Assembly (NCBI GenBank): GCA_025054775.1
Contig: JANWZA010000030.1
Coordinates: forward strand, 25,623-89,622
Source of the DNA: Microscillaceae bacterium
Lineage (GTDB): Bacteria > Bacteroidota > Bacteroidia > Cytophagales > Microscillaceae
DNA length: 64,000 bases
Direction: 5' to 3'
Shown here: one piece after another, positions 38,632-47,675 of the stretch
Position numbering within the stretch: position 1 is the first letter of the stretch
Layout: each line of letters begins with the position of its first letter
Translations under genes and position numbers: made by a program
Notes under the pieces: generated by a model
What the model was told of the DNA's origin: nothing
The model's input: only the letters and a program-made list of their open reading frames with translations
Database searches by the model: none

Positions 38632-38923
38632 AGAAGTGATTGGAAATGGTTGGGAACATAGCGACAAGGAATTATAAGGAGATAATCTTATGTTAAAACC
38701 ATGCTACTTTGGATAGATTTTTATACAATATAAAATACATTTCAAAAATAAATGTAAGTTTTTTTAGACAAAAAAACACTTTTTTCGTTTAATATTCATA
38801 AATTAGATTCCAAATTAAGTAACAAGAATAACATCTACTACCAACTATATTAAAACAACTATATTAAAATCAAACTACATCGTTCTTTATCTATAATGAA
38901 TACGAACTATATCTAATACAACT

Positions 38924-41104
38924 ATGCCTTATCAAAGAAATGATAGCCAAAATTTTGCCACACACATAGAAGAGAGCATGATAGATGCCAAAGTGCCTAC
39001 TTCCGATCGCGTAAGTAGCCTCATAGAACAAAGTAACTACATAAGTCGCGATTTGAGTTGGCTCAAATTTAATCTACGAGTACTTGAACAAGCCATTGAT
39101 GACAAACGTACCATTTTTGAAAGATTACGCTTTTTAGCTATCACAGGTTCAAATTTGGACGAGTTTTTTATGGTGAGGGTGGGGAGTTTGTATAATTATA
39201 TTGACTACGGGAAAGAACGAATTGACTATTCAGGATTGCGCGAAAAACCATTCAGGAAACTACTTTTGCAAGAAACTAAAAATTTTTACAAGCAACAAAG
39301 TGATTGCTTCAGCAAAATTCTAATGCCTGAGTTTTTGAGCAATGGGTTCAAAATCGTTTTTAGCCTTGATGAACTGAAACCTGCTGAAAAAGAGAATATT
39401 GCTAATTATTTCATGCGTACCATCTTCCCAATGCTTACGCCTATGGCTTATGACAACTACCGCACCTTCCCCATCTTAATGAATAAAACTTTGATTTTTG
39501 GAGTAGTTAGCCGTAGCTTTGACAATGGCAAAGACACAAAAAAACTATCCTTCGTACAAATTCCTACTAATATTCCACGCTTTTATGAATTTGAGGACGA
39601 GAATGAAATCTTAATTTTCGTACCTATTGAGGAAATCATTAGGCACTATATCCATAAACTATACCGAAACATAGAAATTTTATCCGTTTCTTTATTTAGA
39701 ATCACACGTAACGGGGACATTACTCTAGAAGAAAGTGATGATTTAGAAGACGAGTTTTTAGAGGAGATAAAAGCCAAAATCAAGAGCCGAAAAACGGGAC
39801 GTGTAGTAAGAATTGAAATTGAAAAAGGCTATTCAGAATGGATGATGAAAATCCTGAAGAAACGGCTTCAATTTGATGATGATGATATTTTCCTAGAAGA
39901 AGATATGCTAGACTATACCAGCCTTATGCAGATAGCTAATCACGTAAATTTCAAAGATAAAATTCCTAGCTTACCTGCCCCTGTGAAACCAATTGGCTAT
40001 GAGGAGCCAGAAACTTCTCTTCTAGAGTATCTCAAGCACGAGGATATCCTACTGCACCACCCATACAATAGCATGGAACTTTTGATAGAATTATTAGAAG
40101 AGGCCGCAGAAGACCCTAATGTATTAGCTATCAAAATTACCATTTATCGTTTAGCTAAAAAATCACGTATTACAGAAGCCTTGCTCAAAGCTGCCGAAAA
40201 CGGTAAACACGTTTCGGTGTTATTTGAACTTAAAGCACGCTTTGATGAGGAGAACAACATTCGCGAAGCTGAACGCCTACAAAAAGCAGGTTGTTATGTA
40301 ATCTATGGCTTTAGCCGCTATAAAACCCATACTAAAATTATGCTTATTGTAAGGCAAGAGGAGAACCAAGTAACGCGTTATGTACATCTTTCTAGTGGAA
40401 ATTACAATGAAACCACTGCTAAAATGTACACCGATATAGCCCTGCTTACCACTAACGAAGTATATGCCCACGATATCTCCGAATTCTTTAATGCTATTAC
40501 AGGACATTCGCAACCACAGGACTATAAGTACCTCATTACAGCTCCCAAAGAGATGCGAAAAAAACTTATTTCTTTGATTAGAAACGAAGCAGAAAATGCC
40601 TTGCAAGGATTGCCGAGTGGTATTGTTATCAAAATCAATTCTTTAGAAGACCAACAAATCATAGACGAATTGTACGAAGCCTCTAAGGCAGGAGTACCTA
40701 TTCGGCTTATTGTACGAGGCATTTGTTGCCTTAGACCTCAAAGAAAAGGATTAAGTGAGAATATCGTCGTTCATTCTATCATTGGTGATTTCTTGGAACA
40801 CGCTCGCTTGTATTATTTTCACAATAATAATCAACCCTTTATCTATGGTGGCAGTGCCGATATGATGGTACGTAGCTTTGACCGTCGCATTGAATCGCTT
40901 TTTTTAATTGTAGATGAAAATCTAAAAAAACAAGCTATTAGTATCTTGTACTATAACTTAAAAGATAATACTAACACCTATATTATGCAAGAAGATGGCA
41001 CATATCAAAAAAGAGTACCTCAAGACAATGAAAGGCTTTTTAACATTCATCGCGAATTTTTTTATGCCGATGAAGAAGATTTAGATAAAATTAGTTTATT
41101 CTAG
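38924..41104 (+). CDS. ppk: polyphosphate kinase 1
   Basis: 726 aa. N-domain motif RFLAITGSNLDEFFMVRV, the catalytic His region RYKTHTKIMLIV, and two PLD-like C domains (EHARLYYF). Confidence 0.95.
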   Translation: MPYQRNDSQNFATHIEESMIDAKVPTSDRVSSLIEQSNYISRDLSWLKFNLRVLEQAIDDKRTIFERLRFLAITGSNLDEFFMVRVGSLYNYIDYGKERIDYSGLREKPFRKLLLQETKNFYKQQSDCFSKILMPEFLSNGFKIVFSLDELKPAEKENIANYFMRTIFPMLTPMAYDNYRTFPILMNKTLIFGVVSRSFDNGKDTKKLSFVQIPTNIPRFYEFEDENEILIFVPIEEIIRHYIHKLYRNIEILSVSLFRITRNGDITLEESDDLEDEFLEEIKAKIKSRKTGRVVRIEIEKGYSEWMMKILKKRLQFDDDDIFLEEDMLDYTSLMQIANHVNFKDKIPSLPAPVKPIGYEEPETSLLEYLKHEDILLHHPYNSMELLIELLEEAAEDPNVLAIKITIYRLAKKSRITEALLKAAENGKHVSVLFELKARFDEENNIREAERLQKAGCYVIYGFSRYKTHTKIMLIVRQEENQVTRYVHLSSGNYNETTAKMYTDIALLTTNEVYAHDISEFFNAITGHSQPQDYKYLITAPKEMRKKLISLIRNEAENALQGLPSGIVIKINSLEDQQIIDELYEASKAGVPIRLIVRGICCLRPQRKGLSENIVVHSIIGDFLEHARLYYFHNNNQPFIYGGSADMMVRSFDRRIESLFLIVDENLKKQAISILYYNLKDNTNTYIMQEDGTYQKRVPQDNERLFNIHREFFYADEEDLDKISLF

Positions 41105-41144
41105 AAAACCTTATTTCTTTACCCATTTCAAAACCTTTTTGACT

Positions 41145-41465
41145 ATGGCAAAAAATCCTCAAAATATTGAAAATCAAATCAATATTGAACTTCCTGAAGA
41201 TATTGCCGAAGGCGAATATGCTAATTTGGCTATGATTAGCCACTCGGCTACCGAATTTGTAATCGATTTTATTCGTTTAGTACCTAATTTGCCTAAGGCG
41301 AAAGTCAAGTCGCGTATTATCCTCACCCCTGAACATGCTAAAAGACTTTTAACTGCTCTGAAAGATAATCTACGTATCTACGAGGAGAATTATGGTACGA
41401 TTAAATTATTAGATAACCACTCTAACAAAGCCATGAACTTTGGTGGTGTAGTGGGAGAGGCATAA
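41145..41465 (+). CDS. DUF3467-like small protein
   Basis: YANLAMISHSATEFVIDFIRLVPNLPKAKVKSRIILTPEHAKRLLTALKDNL matches my recollection of DUF3467. Start set at the ATG 41145. Confidence 0.55.
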   Translation: MAKNPQNIENQINIELPEDIAEGEYANLAMISHSATEFVIDFIRLVPNLPKAKVKSRIILTPEHAKRLLTALKDNLRIYEENYGTIKLLDNHSNKAMNFGGVVGEA

Positions 41466-41585
41466 TTAAAACAAACTTTTTAGTTTCCTTTTTTGTAATG
41501 CAATTGTAATTCACTTGTAATCATAATTAATACTTTAATTCACTTTTTGCATTCTATTTAGTAATTATTTTAGTTTTATAGTTTT

Positions 41586-41903
41586 ATGAAAGCAGTAGAA
41601 ATCACAGATGCGAATTTTGACACTTTGATTCGTAGTAATCCGGTTGTAATGGTAGATTTTTGGGCTGAATGGTGTGGTCCTTGCAAGATGGTAGCTCCTA
41701 TTGTAGAGGAATTAGCCCAGGACTATGAAGGTAAGGCACTTATCGGCAAGTTAGATGTAGATACCAACCCTAATACCGCTATGAAATTCGGGGTGCGTAG
41801 CATTCCTACTTTGTTGTTTTTCAAAAATGGGGAGCTAGTAGATAAACAAATAGGCTACGCTCCCAAAAATGTATTAGCCAAAAAATTAGAAGTGCAACTC
41901 TAA
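41586..41903 (+). CDS. trxA: thioredoxin
   Basis: 105 aa with VDFWAEWCGPCKMVAP, the canonical WCGPC active site. Confidence 0.95.
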   Translation: MKAVEITDANFDTLIRSNPVVMVDFWAEWCGPCKMVAPIVEELAQDYEGKALIGKLDVDTNPNTAMKFGVRSIPTLLFFKNGELVDKQIGYAPKNVLAKKLEVQL

Positions 41904-41923
41904 GATTTGACTTTCATAGCTTA

Positions 41924-41957
41924 ATAAAAAAGCGTTTATTATTAAACGCTTTTTTTG
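41924..41957. terminator. bidirectional Rho-independent terminator between trxA and the M23 peptidase gene
   Basis: AAAAAAGCGTTTA-TTAT-TAAACGCTTTTTT forms a perfect 13-bp stem flanked by an A run and a T run, so it can serve both strands. Confidence 0.75.
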
Positions 41958-41980
41958 TTTCTTTGATTTCTATTTTTAAG

Positions 41981-43219
41981 TTATCTGGGGGCGAGCCATA
42001 CTTCGGGGTTTAATTTTTCATGTTGGTGCCATAGTTGAAGTTGTAACTTGCTATCGCCCTGTTCGTCAATAACAACATATGCTAAACATTGCCCACCCTT
42101 GACGTATTGCCCTATACCTACGCGTATGTTATGTACTTTGGCATATACACTAAAAAAAGAGCCATGTTGTATCATAATTACCTGCCCTACCATGCCTGGT
42201 ATCTTAGCAATAGCTGTAACCTTTCCATCTGCTACGGCATACACAGGTTCGTTAGGTTGAGTTTGAATTTCTATACCATTACTCTCTATGGTTACACCTT
42301 GCAATACAGGGTGTTCGTATTTACCAAAGGGGATGGCAACAAATCCTTTCCTAACAGGAAAAAGTAGTTTGCCCTTTACAAAGTTCCCTTTTTTAGGTGT
42401 GAGTTGAGTTGGACTAGGAATTTCTATGTTAGTTTCTTTATCTTTTTGACTATCAGAAGATGGTATAGGTACGAGTTCTCTTTGTACCATTTGGCTAATA
42501 GCTTGGTCAAGTTGGGCGAGAGCTTTTTTATCTTTATCTATTTCCGCTTTGAGCTTTAGCTCCTCTGCAGAAAGTTGTTTTACAAGCAAGGAGTTACTCT
42601 CCTCCAAGTTTTTGAGCGATTGCGTAATGCCTAATTTTTCGTTCAAGAGGGCTTGCTTTTCGGCACGCATTTTTTCTTGTTCTTTGCGTTCAGCTTCTAT
42701 CTCTTGGCTTAATTTCTGAATTCCTTGTACTTGTCTTTTACGTGCCTCTTGGTATTGTGCGAGGTAGAGCAAGCGTTTGTAAAGTTGATTAAAACTTTCA
42801 GAAGAGAACAAATAGAGCATTTTTTTGTAAGCAGAGTGGGTTTTTGCAAGGGCATAAATCATGCTTGCATATTCCTTTTTAAGGGCTTTTAGTTCAGCTT
42901 GAAGTTCTTGCAAAATTTTTTGTTTCTTATTTAGATTCTCATCAATATCAGCAATCTGTTCCTTCAAAGTTTGGATAAACTTTTTTTGTACGTTCATTTG
43001 CTCGCGCACTACGTGCAGTTTACTCAAATTATTTACCTTCTTCTGGCTAATTTCTTTAAGTATTAGATCATTTTGCCTAATTTTTGCTAATTTTTCTTTT
43101 TTCTCTTTTTCCAAATTTTTTTTGTTATACGTACCTTGTTGCGCAAAAAGTGTATTAGTAGCTATTATAAAGATTGCAAGTATTAAACTTAAAAAGCTCC
43201 CAACTAGCTTATTTCTCAT
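41981..43219 (-). CDS. EnvC-like murein hydrolase activator / M23 peptidase with N-terminal coiled coil
   Basis: Signal peptide, about 220 aa of coiled coil, and a C-terminal LytM/M23 fold (GIEIQT..NEPVYAVADGKV, GQVIMIQHGSFFSVYAKV). Confidence 0.8.
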   Translation of the reverse strand: MRNKLVGSFLSLILAIFIIATNTLFAQQGTYNKKNLEKEKKEKLAKIRQNDLILKEISQKKVNNLSKLHVVREQMNVQKKFIQTLKEQIADIDENLNKKQKILQELQAELKALKKEYASMIYALAKTHSAYKKMLYLFSSESFNQLYKRLLYLAQYQEARKRQVQGIQKLSQEIEAERKEQEKMRAEKQALLNEKLGITQSLKNLEESNSLLVKQLSAEELKLKAEIDKDKKALAQLDQAISQMVQRELVPIPSSDSQKDKETNIEIPSPTQLTPKKGNFVKGKLLFPVRKGFVAIPFGKYEHPVLQGVTIESNGIEIQTQPNEPVYAVADGKVTAIAKIPGMVGQVIMIQHGSFFSVYAKVHNIRVGIGQYVKGGQCLAYVVIDEQGDSKLQLQLWHQHEKLNPEVWLAPR

Positions 43220-43243
43220 GGGTATTAGGTATTGCTTTAATGT

Positions 43244-45181
43244 TTATTGAATTTCGAACTCTATTCTACGGTTTTTAGCACGGTTCTCTTCAGTATCATT
43301 AGGGGCAGAGGGTCGGGTATCTCCGTATCCTTTATAAGTGAGGCGGTTAGGCTCAATACCTGCTTTTATCAAATAATCGTAAACGGCTTTGGCACGATTA
43401 AGAGAAAGGATTTCATTTCGTTTCTTGTCTCCAATATTATCTGTATGCCCTGAAATTTCTCCTTTTATAGTTGGGTTTTGCTTCATAAAAAGGACTAGTT
43501 GGTCTAATTCTACTTTGGATTTATCTTGTAAGGTGTACTTACCGAACTCAAAATAAATATTATCTAAACGAAAAGTTAATCCTTTGGAGATAGGCATGAG
43601 CGGAATGTTTATCTCTAGGGGTTTAGGTTCTTTGGTTTCTATGTAATTAAACTTCAGGCTCTTGAAGGCATAACCTTCCTTCCTAATTTCTAGACTATAC
43701 TCCAAACCACTATTGAGTGTAATTAAATATTCACCATTATTTAAGTTCGATTTTATGGTACTCTGCAAAGTATTAGTAGCAAGGTCAAAGAGTTCTAAAG
43801 TAGCTTCTATCGGCTTTTTGGTCAATGAGTCATAGACAATTCCCTTCACAAAACTGCTTTTTACCACAGGTTGGATTTCTTGCGGTAAGGTCATTTCATA
43901 GAGCAAACTACTGATTACCTGCTCTTTGTACGAGGTAGCTATCGCAAAGTAGGATTTACGTGCATCAGGGGTAACAAAAAAGCCGATTTGGTCTTGTGAA
44001 TTATTGATAGGATATCCTAAATTTTGGGGTTCAGTCCATTGTTTATTTAAGAAATCAGATTGATAGAGGTCATATCCCCCAAAACCCACTCTACCATTTG
44101 AGGCAAAATAGAGTGTTTTGCCATTGAAGTGAATAAAAGGAGAGGTTTCGTCAAAAACGGTATTAATTTTCTCACCCAAGTTTTGAGGTTTTTGCCATAT
44201 GCCCTGTTCGTTGCGTGTACTCACCCAAATATCGCGTCCGCCGAAGCCGCCCTCACGCGTGGAGGCAAAATAAAGTGTATTACCGTCAGCAGAGAGCGAA
44301 GGTTGTGATTCCCACGCTTGGGTGTTGATATTTTCTCCCAAATTTTGGGGTTCGGTCCATTCTGTGCCGTTCCAAGTGCTGCTGTAAAGGTCGCAGTTGG
44401 TTTTACCTGTTTGTTTGTCTTGCCTACAGAGTGTGAAAATGAGCATTTTACCATCCGCAGAAATGGTGCAAGTGCCTTCATTTTCAGTAGGTGTATTGAT
44501 TTTTTGCGAGATGCCTCGCGGGTTTGTCCAAGCGGTATCTTTCCAATAGCTTACGTAAATGTCCTCTTGATAGTCTTGGTTGGCGGCAGGTTTTTTCGCT
44601 CCTGTAAAGAAGAGGGTTTTCAAGTCAGCAGTAAACACGGGAAAATACTGCAAATACAACTTATTCAAAGGTTTTTCCAAAGGGCGAATTTGCACATTGA
44701 GGCTTTTTTTTATGTTCTCTTCGGCATAGTCGCAGGATTGTATCCAAAGGTTTACTTGCTTGATTTTCAAAGCGTTTTTAGGATTGAGGGAGAGGTATTT
44801 CTGCCCAAGTTTCTTGCTTTCAGCATATTGCCCTTCTTTTAATTTTTTTTCGCAAAGGTGGTAATAAGCTCCAATAAAATCTTTATTATCAGGTTGCAAT
44901 TCAATGGCTTTGGCAAAATGTTCGTACATTTTTTCGGTTTGGTTATACCACTGATAGAGTTGGGCAATTTTGTAATGTGCTTCTGCAAATTGATTATCTT
45001 TTTTTAAAGCTTCAGTGTATTGTTCAAAGGCTTCATCATATTTTTGCTTTTGAAATAAGTCATTTCCTCGCTCATAAAATTGAATAGCTTTGTTAGATTG
45101 GCTACTGTATTGTGCCAAAACAAGCGTATTTTGGATAATTGTAAGCACTACAAAACAGCCCCATAAAGTGTATTTTTTCAT
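43244..45181 (-). CDS. TPR + PD40/TolB-like repeats + OmpA-domain protein (paralogue of 34222-36396)
   Basis: Start trimmed to MKKYTLWGCFVVLTIIQNTLVLAQ. It has TPRs (YERGNDLFQKQKYDEAFEQY), PD40 motifs (ESQPSLSADGNTLYFASTREGGFGGRDIWVS), and OmpA_C (SGHTDNIGDKKRNEILSLNRAKAV...NRRIEFEI). Confidence 0.8.
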   Translation of the reverse strand: MKKYTLWGCFVVLTIIQNTLVLAQYSSQSNKAIQFYERGNDLFQKQKYDEAFEQYTEALKKDNQFAEAHYKIAQLYQWYNQTEKMYEHFAKAIELQPDNKDFIGAYYHLCEKKLKEGQYAESKKLGQKYLSLNPKNALKIKQVNLWIQSCDYAEENIKKSLNVQIRPLEKPLNKLYLQYFPVFTADLKTLFFTGAKKPAANQDYQEDIYVSYWKDTAWTNPRGISQKINTPTENEGTCTISADGKMLIFTLCRQDKQTGKTNCDLYSSTWNGTEWTEPQNLGENINTQAWESQPSLSADGNTLYFASTREGGFGGRDIWVSTRNEQGIWQKPQNLGEKINTVFDETSPFIHFNGKTLYFASNGRVGFGGYDLYQSDFLNKQWTEPQNLGYPINNSQDQIGFFVTPDARKSYFAIATSYKEQVISSLLYEMTLPQEIQPVVKSSFVKGIVYDSLTKKPIEATLELFDLATNTLQSTIKSNLNNGEYLITLNSGLEYSLEIRKEGYAFKSLKFNYIETKEPKPLEINIPLMPISKGLTFRLDNIYFEFGKYTLQDKSKVELDQLVLFMKQNPTIKGEISGHTDNIGDKKRNEILSLNRAKAVYDYLIKAGIEPNRLTYKGYGDTRPSAPNDTEENRAKNRRIEFEIQ

Positions 45182-45304
45182 ACAAATTTGAAAATGAAAA
45201 TAGAATGGTAAAACCAAATACTAAACAAAAGTACAAAAAAAAGCATAAAAAACCGAATTTTGCTGTTCTTTTTTACTAAAATGTAAGAGGTGCTACATAA
45301 ATTC

Positions 45305-46063
45305 CTACCCTAAACGTACAGGAATTTGCTTACTTGCTAAAAAGTTTTTTAATTCTTTTATTCTAATTTCGCCAAAATGGAATACGCTGGCAGCTAGAGC
45401 GGCATCGGCTTTGCCTTCGGTGAGAATGTCGGCAAAATGTTTCAATGTACCTGCTCCCCCTGAGGCAATAACAGGAATATTAACAAGTTGAGCAATTTTA
45501 GAGGTAAGCATAACAGCAAAACCTTTTTTGGTGCCATCGTGCTTCATAGAGGTTAGCAGGAGTTCACCCGCCCCGCGTTCTTCTACTTCACTTGCCCATA
45601 CAAAAGTATCTAGTTTAGTAGCTTTGCGTCCTCCTTGCACAAATACGCGCCAAAAATTATCTACTAAATTGGTATCAATCGCTATCACAATACATTGACT
45701 TCCAAAGTGTTTGGCTAATTCGTCAATCAAGTCAGGGTTATAAACCGCTGCCGAATTGATAGAAACTTTATCTGCTCCAGCATTAAGCAATTCACCTACA
45801 TCTTTCACCGTACTAATTCCACCACCTACGGTAAATGGAATATTGATAACTCTAGCAATTTTTTTCACTAATTCGGCAAAGGTTTTACGGTTTTCTACTG
45901 TTGCTGTAATATCTAAAAAAACTAATTCATCGGCTCCTTCTTGGGCATAACGTTGTGCTAATTCCACAGGATTACCTACCTCTTTCAAGTTCTCAAAATG
46001 GATACCTTTTACAGTTTTACCGTCTTTTATATCCAAACAAGGAATGATACGTTTTTTGTGCAT
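45305..46063 (-). CDS. hisF: imidazole glycerol phosphate synthase cyclase subunit HisF
   Basis: 252 aa with [31 protein letters not shown] and IASGGAG. Confidence 0.9.
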   Translation of the reverse strand: MHKKRIIPCLDIKDGKTVKGIHFENLKEVGNPVELAQRYAQEGADELVFLDITATVENRKTFAELVKKIARVINIPFTVGGGISTVKDVGELLNAGADKVSINSAAVYNPDLIDELAKHFGSQCIVIAIDTNLVDNFWRVFVQGGRKATKLDTFVWASEVEERGAGELLLTSMKHDGTKKGFAVMLTSKIAQLVNIPVIASGGAGTLKHFADILTEGKADAALAASVFHFGEIRIKELKNFLASKQIPVRLG

Positions 46064-46224
46064 AAATTTATTTAATTTAGGAATAGTACGTAAATAAAAT
46101 CTAACTTTTTGGCGGGTATGGGTAATAAATCCAAATTTTATTTTTTATTTTTCGCATAAATGTAGTAAAAGAATACAAAAAATAGTGTTTTGCTAAGGAT
46201 TTTTTCTCAAAAACAATTACCTAA

Positions 46225-47340
46225 TTAGTATGCGTTTTGAACTATTTGCCATAAATATTCCAAACGCTTTGTTAAATCATAATTCGTTCTTATATGCTCT
46301 TGTCCTCTCTTTCCCAAAGTTTGGGCTAATGTAGGATTTTGGGCTAATATTAACATTTTCTCAGCCATTGCCTCTATATCGTGTTCTTGCACTAAAAAGC
46401 CTGTTTCTTGGTCAATAACAGCCTCTTTAATGCCTGCGTGCCTTGTACTCACGATGGGTAAGCCCATAGCCGAAGCCTCTAAAATGCTGTTCGGTGTGCC
46501 TTCCGAGTCTCCGTTAGGGGCAGTTACCGAGTGTTGCACAAAGGCACGTGCTTTGAGCAAAGCCGCCCTTACTTCGGTAGGATTGCCCACGCCTGAAAAA
46601 GTTACCTTGTCTGTTATACCTAACTTTTGAGCTAATTTTATGCAACTTTCCCAAAGTTCACCTTTGCCTATCATTTGCAAGCGGGCTTCAGGGCAATATT
46701 TCAGCACTTGGGCGAAGGCTTGAAGAGTGTTTTGCGGGGCTTTTTTGGGTGTAAACCGCCCTACGGCTACAAATAAAGGTGAATTTTGAGCAGGGTTTGC
46801 TCCTGTAAAGAATTGTGTATCAATGCCATAAGGATTGTAAACTAATTTCTCCGCCTTTGCTCCTAAACTCACTAATTGCTTCTCCATATCTTTAGAAACT
46901 ACTACAACACGCGAGGCATATTGCCAAATCCGTAAATACTTCTCTCGGTATTTTTCCAAAGTTCCTTTGTGAAAGGCATCAAAACCGTGAAAGTGTACTA
47001 CTAATTTGGTTTTCGTAAGTTGGCAGGATTCTACCATGTTAGCCCCTGTAGGTCCGTATTCTGCAAACACTAACCCGATTTGATTTTTTTGTAAGAAATA
47101 GGCTAATTGCTGAGTGTAATATTTTTCATAAGTTTTCAAATCAATTCGCTTAAAAATTCCTCGCAAATACAAATTGTTGAAAGGAAAACCTAACACAGGC
47201 TTGCCATTTTTATCAAGGCATGGGTAATGGCTATGGCACAAAAAAGTGTCCCACGCTAACCTATCGCGCTGGTTTTGGATAAAAGTTTCAGAAAAAGCAA
47301 GTGGGCAATTAGGGTACGCAAAGCAGGTTTTTGCGGGCAT
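46225..47340 (-). CDS. GT-B glycosyltransferase (GT4-like)
   Basis: 371 aa with a C-terminal E-x7-E-type motif region (EGTPNSILEASAMGLPIVSTRHAGIKE). Confidence 0.8.
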   Translation of the reverse strand: MPAKTCFAYPNCPLAFSETFIQNQRDRLAWDTFLCHSHYPCLDKNGKPVLGFPFNNLYLRGIFKRIDLKTYEKYYTQQLAYFLQKNQIGLVFAEYGPTGANMVESCQLTKTKLVVHFHGFDAFHKGTLEKYREKYLRIWQYASRVVVVSKDMEKQLVSLGAKAEKLVYNPYGIDTQFFTGANPAQNSPLFVAVGRFTPKKAPQNTLQAFAQVLKYCPEARLQMIGKGELWESCIKLAQKLGITDKVTFSGVGNPTEVRAALLKARAFVQHSVTAPNGDSEGTPNSILEASAMGLPIVSTRHAGIKEAVIDQETGFLVQEHDIEAMAEKMLILAQNPTLAQTLGKRGQEHIRTNYDLTKRLEYLWQIVQNAY

Positions 47341-47407
47341 ATTTAGGGAAATAATACTTGTTTATCTTATAGCAAAATAATTACCTAGAGTTACAAAGTC
47401 ATTTTTT

Positions 47408-47530
47408 GGGCCTTCCCTTTGCCCTTTTCGCTTTGCTCAAAGGGCTTCGGGGCGGGCTTTGCGGGGCTTCGCTAATGCTTCAGTGCTTCGCACCAAACCC
47501 TTCGGGTTTGCCCTTTCAATCCCTAACGCA
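47408..47530 (+). repeat. GC-rich 123-nt hairpin-dense intergenic repeat, copy B
   Basis: 114/123 identical with no indels to 14025-14147 in the same orientation, with unrelated flanks. Confidence 0.85.
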
Positions 47531-47602
47531 ATCTATAGGGTTTCAATTCAATACAATTACGGACTTGTCTTCGCTGAAGGTACAGCCAAATAGTTACTTG
47601 AA

Positions 47603-47642
47603 ATAAAAAAACTGCCCTAAAAAAAATATTTTACGGCAGTTT
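47603..47642 (-). terminator. Rho-independent terminator after hppA
   Basis: Arms AACTGCC(C)TAAAA / TTTTA(C)GGCAGTT. On the minus strand the hairpin is followed by a T7 run (plus-strand A run 47604-47610). Confidence 0.65.
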
Positions 47643-47675
47643 GAAGTTGGATACAATTTTATCTAAAGCTAAAGA

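Noticed and set aside
47406-47606. Plus-strand 66-aa ORF over repeat copy B
   Set aside because: This is the same artefact as in copy A. The differing reading-frame content between copies argues against coding.
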